Assembly: GCA_951406725.2 (NCBI GenBank)
Contig: OX597820.1
Coordinates: 7,688,001-7,752,000 of the forward strand
Source: Octopus vulgaris
Lineage: Eukaryota
Reading direction: 5' to 3'
DNA length: 64,000 bases
The notes under the pieces were generated by a model. The model saw nothing but the letters and a program-made list of their open reading frames with translations. It had not been told where the DNA came from and did not search any database. Both the position numbers and the translations under genes were made by a program. Of the stretch, positions 25,629 to 38,649 are shown one piece after another (within the stretch, counting starts at the first letter, position 1; every line of letters begins with the position of its first letter).

Positions 25629-27445
25629 TATATATATATATATGTATACACACACATTCCTATATGTTATATATATACGCACACACACACACTCTCACAT
25701 ATATATATTGGGAAATATATGAAATCCTTGGTACAGTGAGGTTTATTTGAAAACGGAAAAGAATCACTTCCCTGGTAGTGCTAATCAATTTAATTTACTA
25801 ATGATATAATTTCGCAGTTTGGCTTGTCGATCATGTAAGTTCTTTGTTAACTTCAATGGGAAAATCTTTTAAAGATTCCTTGTTAACTTTACTGGAGAAC
25901 TTTCTCGCATTCGTCGGTGGCGGTTGTCCAACAGATCAGTTTGACAACCGCCGACACATTTTTCTGCAAAATATGGGTAGTTTATCCTATTCATGCTATA
26001 TTATTAGCATTTTGGTGTCGTATACGTTGTAAACTTACCCACTAGTATTATATATAACAAAATCAAGGGATATCATGTTATATGGTGAATTATATTGCAT
26101 TACATACATCATATGCTATATGTTATAGTATGTAGTGTGCTATATATATTATCCCACGATAATTCCTGCCTAGTTTGGTGATTACACTATTTTCCTATCT
26201 ATGATGTTCTACGCTACTGATCATGTTATGTATATTTGTAGTGACTTTATGTAAGTCTCCTTTCGACTAGATCATATACCCCCAAGAAACTATAAAACCA
26301 TACATACAATAACACCTGTAATACTACAACTTATGAAATCTTTTTGGTCTCAATACCTTTAACTGCCCTCACTACATCCATACCTATTACCTCTTTATTC
26401 GGGTTACCTTTATCTCTTCCCTAACTCGAATTTTAATCCCCTGTCTCTTTATATGTAGGCTGTATGTATTTCTTATTAATTTCTATAAATTCTTATCATT
26501 TTGTTTTCTTGATTTGATATCCTTACTTATTCACCTCTTATCCCTTATAAATTGTTTTTTGTTCTTAAATTGGTATGTTTTCAGTTACTTAAGTCTATTC
26601 AGCGTATTTATACTATATCCATATAAACGTATAAACATGAGTATATGTGTATATATGCATATATTCACATATATAAATGTGTGTGTATCTTTCTGTATCT
26701 TACATTTTTCTGATTAATGGCTTAGAATTGATCGCATGTATATCTTTCCAGTTATTCCATAAATGAATTCCTAGAGCAGTCTTTATAGAAACCACCAAAT
26801 AAGTAATTAATTAAGTACATGAATAAATATTAAACTGATTCTATGTAATCTTTCCTTTTTAATGTTTATAATTGATACATACCCACATTTCGCCCATTTT
26901 GGTTATGATATCATTTTTGAAATTCTTAAATTTTAGTTTTATACAACAGTATTCATTATAAACAATTACCCATAGTGCCCCAAAATAGAATTTTCCCTGA
27001 ATTAACATCTTAGGTTTCTTGATGTCTTGCCCCTTTAACTGGTAATTAACATTATGATTTAAAGTCTACTCCTACCCTTCATCTTTTTATAGACACTTAT
27101 TTATATCCAGCTGACTACTCCTGATGTCTTATTTCCTCCCTGGGAAAAATAGATACTTATGATAATATTTATGATCATACCTAGCCATGAGCTGTCAACT
27201 CACTCTTGTCCTTTATTCACAATAGACACAGTCTTCTAGTCTTAGATTTAGTGTTTGATAAACAGATAAATTAATTAGAAATGAATTACAATCACTTACA
27301 AAACACTATGACTATCATGCGATTCTTAGAAATGTAGTCTATTCTTAGCTACAATAGCGACAACATGAGTTTCTTCTAACTTCTTGATCTGTAAAAATAT
27401 TTGAGAAAAATAATGTCCTACCTGTTAAAAGTCTATTTATGTATT

Positions 27446-27529
27446 TGTGAAGCTGAAGATAGCACTCCATTTAAATTAATGTAATGATTGCTTTGTTCAG
27501 TTAAATGGATCTCCTTGAAACGTTCGTAC
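27446..27529 (+). ncRNA. Degenerate hammerhead-like motif with long stem II
   Basis: CTGAAGA..tccatttaa..ttaaatgga..GAAA-CG-TT; stem I poorly paired. Confidence 0.3.
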
Positions 27530-27565
27530 TGCATTACTACATGATATCTTGTTGCTAATTTTCAT

Positions 27566-27639
<74 letters not shown>

Positions 27640-27719
27640 TAGATAGATAGGTAGATGTATGCATATACATACATATAAATATACATATATACGAATATTT
27701 ATTTATATATATATATATA

Positions 27720-27782
<63 letters not shown>

Positions 27783-28453
27783 CTTGAATGCGTGGTGTTC
27801 AATCTATATGCATATATAGATACACATATGTACGTACATAAGTATATATGTATATAGCTATGCATATATTGGTACAGGACGTCACAAAAACGCAAACAAA
27901 CATGAAATACGAAAATAACGTTGGGTACGAAAAAAAAAACGAGAGAAACGAATGAGAAACAAGACAAGTAACATGGAAAGAATGACCCTTCATCAGTTGT
28001 CGGCTGTCCTTTTACTCCCTATTTCAAGCATTAGCTATATACATATATACGTATGTATGTACATATGTGTGTCTATATATGCATATATATATATATATAT
28101 ATATAACTATATTATCGATATATATATATATATATTTACAAAATAAGAAATTGGAGAAATATATCTAAATCATTCATCAACTATCAGATAATACCGAATT
28201 ATATACTTTATTAAAACACTAGACAAGAGCATTAAGCTTAGGCATTAATACAGTACAACAATTACAATCAATATAATGAGATATAACTAAATAAAATAAC
28301 AAGATATAAATAATATATATATATATATATATATTATACTTTATATTTTATATTTTTTTATTTAATTTTATTTCTATGTATTGGCTTATGATTTTCACTG
28401 TTTGATTTGCCTAATAGTGGTTTTATCTCTAATTTAATTTATATATATATATA

Positions 28454-28518
<65 letters not shown>

Positions 28519-28519
<1 letters not shown>

Positions 28520-28875
28520 GGTATCTACGAGATACCACTATGCTGAAAATAGCAGCCATGATCTGACTCTAAAACCACTTTAATATATATACTGACGAGG
28601 CAAAGCATTCATAAATGCAAACTCAGAAATCCGGGTTCTAGAATTATCCAGTAATTTTTTACTAGTTTCTTCTTGTCTCTTTGTTCTCTCTCCGTGTTGC
28701 TATATGGACAATTCAGGTGGTTTTAGAGTCAGGTCATGGCTGCTATCTTCAGCATGGTGGTATCTCGTAGATACCCCAATTTATAATCTTAATAATTATT
28801 ACCTTTGAAGGTTATTTTTTTCCATGCTAACCACTTGATAAAATTGTTATTTTATTTTTAGATGAACGATCTTAT

Positions 28876-28880
<5 letters not shown>
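28519..28880. mobile_element. Foldback element in (TA)n (arms 28519-28578 and 28717-28776) with a degenerate HHR at 28590-28645
   Basis: Inverted arms visible; CTGACGA..GAAA-TCCGGG-TT; homologous to 32318-32520. Confidence 0.8.
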
Positions 28881-28969
<89 letters not shown>

Positions 28970-29099
28970 TCAGCCGAAAGTGTTAGGATGATCCGGTTCT
29001 TGACTGAAGATTGAAGGCTTCGAATGTCCCGTTCGTGTTTTTTGTAGCGTCTTCTAAATGTTTTACGTTCTTGTCCCAGTTTGTATTTTTCTACATATT

Positions 29100-29137
<38 letters not shown>

Positions 29138-30602
29138 CACCAATGGTGTGCAGTCGAGACATGCTCGTCATGCAATGCATGTCCGTTGATTTTTATTTAA
29201 CTCAAAACTCAATTTAAAAACGTAATGTATTTTATAACCACGTTGAAAAGTTGTCCAAATCATTAGAAATTGAGCTGAAATAATTATTTGTTTCAAAGGA
29301 AAGCCGTCCAGATTGAAACTTCATTGTGTTCCCATTTTGCTTCAACTAAGCATGCTTTAAAGAATAACGCGTATGAAATCTTGCCCCGCCATCTCCGTTC
29401 TCTGAGTATTAAAGAAAAACGCATATGAAATCTTTTGCTTCCCCCCCCCCCTCTACACACTTCCTTTCTTTCAATAACTATTATTTCAATGCCTGTAAGA
29501 TTCAGATATCTCGATACGGAAGGCATACTCTCAGAACAAAGCATGTTTTGGCTTCCCCTCCCTTTTCTATTAGTTCTTTGTAATTGATGTCGCTAACGCG
29601 GCAGGCTAATTGGCTGAATGGCTTTGACATTTTGACCTGTAAAATTTCTGACCAAACCATACCAACACTCCCATAATTCTTAATTAGTCAGCTCAAATGT
29701 TGCCGTGACATTGGAATATCTATTTCGGTCTGTCGTAAGTTATTATTAACCATCTTCACCGTATTAAGCAAAGAAATTCTCAAATCAGAAATATAATTTA
29801 GCTAATTAATCTTTCATCGATTTACTTAAATTATCTTTCCGTTTTGTTGAAACTGATTTACAATTCACGATCGCAGTAAAATGAAGTATTCTGTGAAAAA
29901 ATGAAATTAAAGTGTTCATTGTTTTATTTTTTGTTGTTTTTTGGCTTTCTTTTATTTTTACAACTGAAACTGTTTTTCTCTACAAAATGAAACTTGAAAG
30001 TTACAAAAAATATGAGAGCAGAACTAAGCCAAATCTTTAACAAACTCTCGTTTGCAACTTTGTCACAGCATTCTTCGTTTGTATTCCTCATTTGTCTCAG
30101 TATATCCTCATTTTACAGCCGGAAATTTCTCTGGAAGGAATCTTTGCAGAAAGGTAAGTACATTGATTACATATGTCTTTCATCCTTTTATCGCAGTTTT
30201 TTTCGCCTAATAAATTCATGTGATATTTGGGTGTTATTTCTAGCACGTGAATAGCCTGCTTGAAGGCCGTAGAATCGTGAAGGGAAGGGGTTAGGGTATT
30301 TTTTCTTTTTTTTTTTTTTGAAAAATTGAAATTTTACAAACAATATTTTTCAGGATCATAATCTCCGTATTTTTCTACGTATTTCCGAAAAAAAAATGTG
30401 AAAAATGAAGAAATGGGGCGGGTGGCGTTTGGGGGCAATTGAAATTTTGAACTTGCCATTTTAGCCAAATATTTTTTTTCAGAATCGGAATCTCCATATG
30501 CGTAAAAGTAGGTTTCCGTAAGAAAAATACATTTTAAAAAAAGGTAGGGATACCTTACGTCTCCGCCATGTGCATGACCAGCCTCAGAAATCACTGCATT
30601 GA

Positions 30603-30640
<38 letters not shown>

Positions 30641-30641
<1 letters not shown>

Positions 30642-30931
30642 TGGTAAAAACGGTAAGATAACAAAGGAATGAAAGATACCTCAATATTATGTAAATAGAG
30701 GAATTTATCTGTAAATATAATATGTGACAATTATTCGGTAGCCAAGATAAAACTCCGAGTTTCGGATGCCGAGGTGGAAATCCACACCACCATCTCTTCA
30801 GTTATCTTTCTTCATAGCGTTTTTCAGATGGCCAGATAACTGAAGAGATGGTGGCGTGGATTTCCACCTCGGCATCCGAAACTAGAGCTTTATCTTGGCT
30901 ACCGAATAATTGTCACATATTATATTTACAG

Positions 30932-30934
<3 letters not shown>
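30641..30934. mobile_element. Asymmetric foldback element in (TA)n (arms 30706-30807 and 30834-30934)
   Basis: About 100-bp inverted arms, each with an HHR motif; the plus-strand copy at 30834-30895 has a mutated GCT triplet. Confidence 0.9.
30745..30807 (-). ncRNA. Type I hammerhead ribozyme motif
   Basis: Minus: agataa-CTGAAGA-gatg..gtgga tt tccac..catc c-GAAA-CTCGGAG-TT-ttatct; perfect 6-bp stem I, GUU triplet. Confidence 0.7.
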
Positions 30935-30960
<26 letters not shown>

Positions 30961-30962
<2 letters not shown>

Positions 30963-31764
30963 ATATCAACAATTGAGGGTAAAATTAATTAGTTATCAAT
31001 CAATTTCACCAAGTATTCAGTATGTAAAAGGACCATTTAAGGCGAATTCAAAATATTACATTATATAATTAGGGCTTAGTAAAATAATTTACTTTGCCAC
31101 ATACTGAACTTGCTAGAAATAGCAGCCAAAAAAGTTTTTTTGCCATTTCCACTACTTAAAGAAAATTTCTCTCAGATAATGTTTACTCAAAATAACTCAC
31201 GAAGGTATGGAGGTAAAAACAGAAAAATATCACAAGTACAAAGATTATTTGAGAACGTTAACGTTTCTAGATTAGCCAAATAAACTCAGCATTTCTTTCG
31301 TCAGCTCAACATTTCTTATTTTGGATTTGGAAGCACTAAAAAGAAAGAACATACCCTTTGGCGACTTATCACCTCAGATGACCCGTTCAGACTGCCAGTA
31401 CCAACAAATTCAAAATGTGCAAGCGAAGATTCCCTGCTCTCCCCTTCCACCCACGTGGGTTATCTAGCAAACATTATATTTTAACGGTGAGAACCGAGGC
31501 AATATGACAGAGAGAAATGAATTATAATATCAACAATTGAGGGTAAAATTAATTAGTTATCAATCAATTTCACCAAGGATTCAGTATGTAAAAGGACCAT
31601 TTAAGGCGAATTCAAAATATTACATTATATAATTAGGGCTTAGTAAAATAATTTACTTTGCCACATACTGAACTTGCTAGAAATAGCAGCCAAAAAAGTT
31701 TTTTTGCCATTTCCACTGCTTAAAGAAAATTTCTCTCAGATAATGTTTACTCAAAATAACTCAC
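30961..31764 (-). mobile_element. Retrozyme/pLTR-like partial tandem (564-bp unit, about 1.4 copies) in (TA)n
   Basis: 30961-31200 is repeated at 31525-31764 with 2 visible mismatches; HHR in the unique segment; no ORF. Confidence 0.85.
31249..31309 (-). ncRNA. Type I hammerhead ribozyme motif
   Basis: Minus: ttgag-CTGACGA-aaga..gctgagt tt atttggc..tcta-GAAA-CGTTAACG-TT-ctcaa; stem III is the palindrome ACGTTAACGT. Confidence 0.7.
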
Positions 31765-31802
<38 letters not shown>

Positions 31803-31803
31803 T

Positions 31804-31862
<59 letters not shown>

Positions 31863-32045
31863 TCAATACGGAGCAAATAATTCACAAAAAAATAATTTGC
31901 GAAAATACCATTAACTCAGTTATTATCTAGTGTAGCAATTTAAAAATGATAATGACAGAATCAATAATATAGGTGATTGCAGCCCTCACTCCCACCCCCA
32001 AAAAATCATTAAATAGCTGAAGGATTAAAATAACAGATATAACAG

Positions 32046-32179
32046 ACTGATAATAACTACAGAAATCAACCGTCCGAAGACAAACGAGCTAGACAGTCTC
32101 CCAAATACTTGAAAGCATGTTGAGAGATTGTGTCGGCTTGTTTGCCTTCGGACGGTTGATATCTGTAGTTATTATCAGT
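32046..32179. repeat. Imperfect inverted repeat (about 55-bp arms)
   Basis: actgataataactacagaaatcaaccgtccgaag / cttcggacggttgatatctgtagttattatcagt. Confidence 0.85.
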
Positions 32180-32250
32180 GGATTTTGGCGATTTAAATAA
32201 GTTTTGACTGTTATTTCCAACAGCTAGACATACACGGTATATCTTTTGAT

Positions 32251-32310
<60 letters not shown>

Positions 32311-32447
32311 TAAATTAAGGTATCTACGAGATATCACCATGCTTAAAATAGCAGCCATGATCCGACTCTAAGACCACCTAAATTGTCCATATATCAATAC
32401 GGAGAGAAAACAGAGACAAGATGAAACTAGTAAAAAATTACTGGATA

Positions 32448-32505
32448 ATTCTAGATCCGGATTTCTGACTTTGCATTTAGGACTTTTTTGCCTCGTCAGT
32501 AGAAT
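32448..32505 (-). ncRNA. Type I hammerhead ribozyme motif
   Basis: Minus: attcta-CTGACGA-ggc..gtc a-GAAA-TCCGGA-TC-tagaat; perfect 6-bp stem I, palindrome ATCCGGAT, AUC triplet. Confidence 0.7.
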
Positions 32506-32519
32506 ACACACAGAAGACA

Positions 32520-32585
<66 letters not shown>

Positions 32586-32817
32586 AAATAATAAATTAAA
32601 TTAATTTTATGTATTGGCTTACGTTTTTCATTGTTTGATTTGCCCAATAGTGGTTTTATCTCTAATTTAATATAATATAATATAATATATTTATACTATA
32701 AAATTGGATTTAATCCTAAATCTGATTTTTCCCTGTAAGTTTGGATTTATTCCCTAAATATTTTATTATATATATATATACAACATACGAATACTTACAT
32801 ATACGAACGTACAAATT

Positions 32818-32858
<41 letters not shown>

Positions 32859-32920
32859 GCACACATACATATTAGAAGATACTTTGCAGAACTATTATTT
32901 AAACGAGTTGTGTCTATTTC

Positions 32921-33024
32921 TCACCTGATGAAACACGTCTGTACCGCTGGATGCTCCTGTGCCAGTTGTTGAGTGTCTCACCCGTGAGGGATCGATGCTT
33001 GACGTATCGAAACAATTGCTGTGA
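32921..33024 (+). ncRNA. Hammerhead-like motif with about 77-nt stem II domain
   Basis: tcac-CTGATGA-..acgtc....gacgt..-GAAA-CAATTG-CT-gtga; triplet mutated (GCU). Confidence 0.45.
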
Positions 33025-33082
33025 TTAATAATAAATTCTCGTATATTCTATTTTCCATCTTTCATTTACTCTGTGTGTGTGT

Positions 33083-33130
<48 letters not shown>

Positions 33131-33134
<4 letters not shown>

Positions 33135-33400
33135 CCTTGGCTTAGTGGTTAGGTTGTTGGGCTCACGATTGTGAGATCGTGGGTTCAACTCCTAGATCGG
33201 GTGTTGTGTTGTGTTCTTTAACAAACCACCTCTTTTCACATTGCTCTGAGATTATTTCGCCATGTGGCACACGGCGCACCTGTACAGGTAATGTCGATTT
33301 GATGGAGGGAGCGAGCTTCTGTGTGCACAATCATTTGATCACTATTAACAAATCAGCTCTGTGGTTGTTCAGCAACAAATTGCTGAACCCTCATACGTCC
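33131..33400 (+). mobile_element. SINE family E (older tRNA-derived SINE)
   Basis: tggcttagtggttag (A box), gggttcaactcc (B box), followed by a non-tRNA body. Confidence 0.7.
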
Positions 33401-33573
33401 ATGATATATATATATATATATATATATTAAGGTATTTATTTTGCTAGATACTTGATGTGAAACCGTGTATTACAACAAGTATTGTTGTACTTGGGGATGA
33501 TCATATTTTGCCAGTTAAACACACGCACTGTGTATTTGGTCTTCACTTCAGATTGATTATTATTATTATTATT

Positions 33574-34126
33574 GAGTGAGAGAGCGGTGCATGCCATCAA
33601 AGTGACACTGGGGTAAAATATACGAAGCCCAATATACCCATCATGACTACCCGTCTGATAAAGGTACACCAGGCACATGCATCACAACCATATGTGCGTG
33701 ACATGGTGATCTCATATCAAGATAAACAGCACATGACCTTGCAGGTGGGGCCCAGTTAGAATTTCCTTCAGGTTGAGTAGCCCATCCCGCTCAAAAGGTC
33801 TCTGAATAAGGGTTGTTTAAGGATGTTGAAAGAACCACCCATGTTTCCAGAGGTGAATTATTCAAACCCCAAAGAATCCCCCCAACACATGGCCATGATG
33901 CTCCCCCACTACTTCTGCTCGTGATCAGAGATGCACATATCGTCAGCCACTAAGGGACATGCTCAACTGGTTAAGGTCAAACAACTGACAAGCAAATCTG
34001 TGGTATTGAGCAGAATATTTGCTGTAGCGCATCTTTTATACTAAGACAAAACAACGTACATGATAACACTTCCAATCAGTCAAGATCAGAAGCCATGAGA
34101 GCCACTGCCTGGTACTGCATCAGGGC

Positions 34127-34128
<2 letters not shown>
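33574..34128 (-). mobile_element. Family D non-coding retroposon in (TTA)n
   Basis: Three copies share the end TTATT|GAGTGAGAGAGC and are flanked by (TTA)n on both sides. Confidence 0.85.
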
Positions 34129-34184
<56 letters not shown>

Positions 34185-35482
34185 TCTTTGTCAACCTTCT
34201 GTCGTCGCATATCCTGTAACTTCTTCAGTGACTCTCTATCCAATGCGTTTTGAACAGGTCATAGGATATGAGCATTCCCAAGTATAACTATATATATACA
34301 TACATATATAGATATATATATAGTACTTGGTAGGTGTGTTAAACCGGATGACGGGTTAAGCCTATTATTCAGTCTCTTTTTTTTTTCTTTATGTTTTGTG
34401 TTCGACAAACTAAAATAAATATGTCTCCATTTTTTCTCCGTTTATATAAATAATTCTGAATTCTTTTGTTTGTACAACAACTCGTTTCAATATTTCTATG
34501 TTTAGTTGTCTACTTGGGAAATATGAATAAATGAGATTTGCCATTTCTACAGAACTTCCATTTGTTTTCTCTCACAAAACCTGTCGTCTGTTTGTGTTAC
34601 CTGAGATATCCGTTTATCCGCTTCATCCACTCACCTGACAGGTAGTCGGTGTTGTACGCCATTTATTAAACACTGCGTTAATATTAATTTTGAGTTAATA
34701 ATATTAACTATGGCCAATTTTTGGTTTGTAGAAATGTCGAACAAAGTAAAACGAGGTCTTTGAGATGAAGTCGTTGGAAAGTTTCTTTTTCTGGAAACAA
34801 ATTCTTAAAGAATAACATTCTTTTCTTTTGTTATTCTTTAAACTAAGTTTCAGATAATACACAGATATGCACACAAAATCGCCATCACCACAACACACGC
34901 ATAATATGTTCTCTCAAGATTAATAACGCAGTATTCGGTGCTTTTACAAGATATCTATGTAAAACTGGAAATGGTAGGTGTGCGAGTGTGTGCGAATGTA
35001 GTTACACGTATATGATACACGTGTGTGTGTGTGTGTGTGTGTGTATGCATATGCATATCTCTATATATACCTATCCTTGTTGCTGTCATTGTTACTGTTG
35101 CTTACGCTGATGATAATGAGGCAGAAGAGGCGGGAGGGGAAGAATTATCTTCACCACCCGCTCAGTTTTGGTTCAGGAGACAGATCTGCGTCGCAGATGT
35201 TTCGTGTTATTGTTTATCTGGGAATATACTGGCTCGCCTAAGTACATATATATATATATATATATATATACTACACGGTGGTATATATAATAGAGAGACA
35301 CTACACGTGTTTAAATAGATTAAACGCAAGCGCTCACGCAGTTGAAAAAAATCTTCCTCACAAAAGAGGTTAGTAACATCCTCAAAATATTTCATAAGAT
35401 TTTTGAAAACAATCATCTCTACACTTCCAAAATTGTATTAAGTAATTCTCATAGACTTTCAAAAATATACATATATATATTT

Positions 35483-36025
<543 letters not shown>

Positions 36026-37091
36026 CGCTTGTATATATATATATATATATATACAAGAACGTTCTCCAGTACGCCCCTCCTCTGTGTGTATATAATATCA
36101 TCGCATGGTTTCAGGCGGATTTCCCTGCTATTTTAGCATATCACGATAGCATGAACCCACCTCCTTTCCCCTCACTCCAGTCACTATCCTTTAAAGGATT
36201 TTATGATGATCCTTACTGTGTTCTAAAGTACTTTGTAATGTGTGAGTCATTGATTATTCTAATCCATTGAGGTCAACTCATGACAAGAATGAAAGCCAAT
36301 GACTTCGGATGCGGCATGAACATCACAGCATTTTCTCGGAGATACAAAAACATTGTGGCTTGACGAAATACAAAAAAGAATATCAATAATTAAATCATAA
36401 TTAAGAAATAAATCTTTGAACAATTTGAATACGGTTTTAATGAAAAGTAATTTGAAGTCTCAAAAAACTTCCTATATGTTTGGTACAATTCTTCATTGAA
36501 CCCGTAGTATATTACTGGGACTCGATCATTTTGGATTGATCTCAATTTTTTATTTATACACAAAATATTTTTTTATCAAATTCAATTTTTGACCCCGACA
36601 CAATTCCTCAAATTGTTCCTGCACCTTACTCCCCATCCCCTTTATTTTGTTCTCCATATTTTTCTTCTACATTAACTTCTTTTGCAGATTTATTGACATC
36701 CAGGATGCTTTATGGGAAGACACACCGAAGGAGAGCACAATCGACGTTGAACCCACTATTTCACGGGTGCATATTTCAAGGACCACAGAAGATTGACAAA
36801 CGATGGTTGGATTTGAACTTAGGAATTAGACGAACTCAACAAAATACCGCGAAGTATTTCGTCCGATACTCTACCGATTTTGCCAATCCACTGACATTTT
36901 GTGAATATCCGAATTAGAAATATGAACTAACTTCCTCGGTTCTAATATTTTATTTGCGCCGAGTAAAGGAGATGAGGTGAAGCCCTCGATTAGACTTATG
37001 ACTTCAACGGGGTTTCTGTTCCTGAAAAACGTCTGTTCACTTTGGCAGCCAATCAAAAAATGTACAAGTTCAGCGCAGTTACAAAAAATGT

Positions 37092-37464
37092 ATAAGTACC
37101 AGTTACGCACTGCTGGAGTCGATGCAATCGACTTAATCCGTTTGTCTGTCCTTGTTTGTCCCCTCTATGTTTAGCCCCTTGTAGGTAATAAAGAAACAGA
37201 TATGTTTTTCTTTTGTTAAAGACCAAAACCATGCTAGATCACACTCAGAACGTTGGTAAGTATTCCTTCATCAACGTGAGCCATGGCACGCAATTTCTTC
37301 TTTGCATTTACAACATATTTTATTGTTCTAAATTAGTTGAATTGCCCTCATCTTTCCACCTAAGGTCACCCTTTTGTCTCACCTTTTTCCAGCAGCTCTT
37401 ACCCTGTTTTATCTCCCAACCTCATACAAAACACTTCCTTCGCATTTGTTTCCACAATATTCCT
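37092..37464 (+). repeat. 373-bp direct duplication of 38214-38586 (SINE B 3' half plus downstream flank)
   Basis: Constant 1122-bp offset at both ends; both copies share the private variant gcactgctggagtcgatgc. Confidence 0.9.
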
Positions 37465-38086
37465 CTGGTATGTAATCGACTTTCCGCATGCCACGAATTT
37501 GCTAAAATTTGAAACCGATATTTGATGGAGACAATTATGCAGTAATTGTAGAGTAAGAGGTAAACTTCAGAGAGCTGAGATTAAGAAGCGGTTTCAATTT
37601 CCGCTTGATAAAAATTTACCTCATTAACATAATTAATGCACCTGAAAAGCTGGGTTAATTCTAGGGGATTTCACAAGATATATAAAAGACACATCAAGCG
37701 AAGGTTTGAGGGGGCACATACACACTAGGTCATATAAAAAAAAATCAATCTTCAATTAACATGCTGACTAATGAATAAAGAATGACGTAAATAAATGTAA
37801 CATAGCCGTTAATTGATGAAAGCATTCGCCTTAGAAGAATGCAGCTGGTGCTGCTACTACTATTACTACTAATGATGATGATGATGATGTTACACACGCC
37901 CATATCGAAATGAAGGCCATCTTACTGATTGGAAAACCACTATCCTCAATTACAGAACAACCTCAGGCTGTTTCCGCTTCACAGTGAGAAAAATACTTAA
38001 ACCCGATTAGATCCTGACTCTGTAAAGTTTTAGTAACCACGCTTTTTGAATTCTCATCACCTTTCTAAGACGATATGTCTTTTAAA

Positions 38087-38318
38087 GGCGGCGAGCTGTC
38101 AGAATCGTTAGCACGCCGGACGAAATGCGTTGCGGTATTTCGTCTGCCGTTACGTTCTGAGTTCAAATTCCGCCGAGGTCGACTTTGCCTTTCATCCTTT
38201 CGGGGTCGATTAAATAAGTACCAGTTACGCACTGCTGGAGTCGATGCAATCGACTTTATCCGTTTGTCTGTCCTTGTTTGTCCCCTCTTTGTGTAGCCCC
38301 TTGTGGGTAATAAAGAAA
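38087..38318 (+). mobile_element. SINE family B
   Basis: Full-length match. Confidence 0.9.
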
Positions 38319-38649
38319 CAGATATGTTTTTCTTTAGTTAAAGACCAAAACCATGCTAGATCACACCCAGAACGTTAGTAAATATTCCTTCACCAACGGT
38401 AGCCATGGCACGCAATTTCTTCTTTGCATTTACAACATATTTTATTGTTCTAAATTAGTTGAATTTCCCTCTCCTTTCCACCTAAGGTCACCCTTTTGTC
38501 TCACCTTTTTCCAGCAGCTCTTACCCTGTTTTATCTCCCAACCTCATACAAAACACTTCCTTCGCATTTGTTTCCACAATATTCCTATGGAATTTATTTC
38601 CCACCCCGCTCGTTTTTCCTTCGAACTGAAATGGGAAGATCGAAATATA

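Noticed and set aside
27870-28035. CTGATGA on minus in a repeat shared with 7555-7760
   Set aside because: No correctly placed GAAA or stem III, so not counted as an HHR, although it is probably a PLE terminal fragment.
31112-31124. GCTAGAAATAGCA identical to part of the SpCas9 sgRNA scaffold
   Set aside because: The flanking gttttaga and agttaaaataagg are absent, and the motif recurs with natural variants, so it is not vector or CRISPR sequence.
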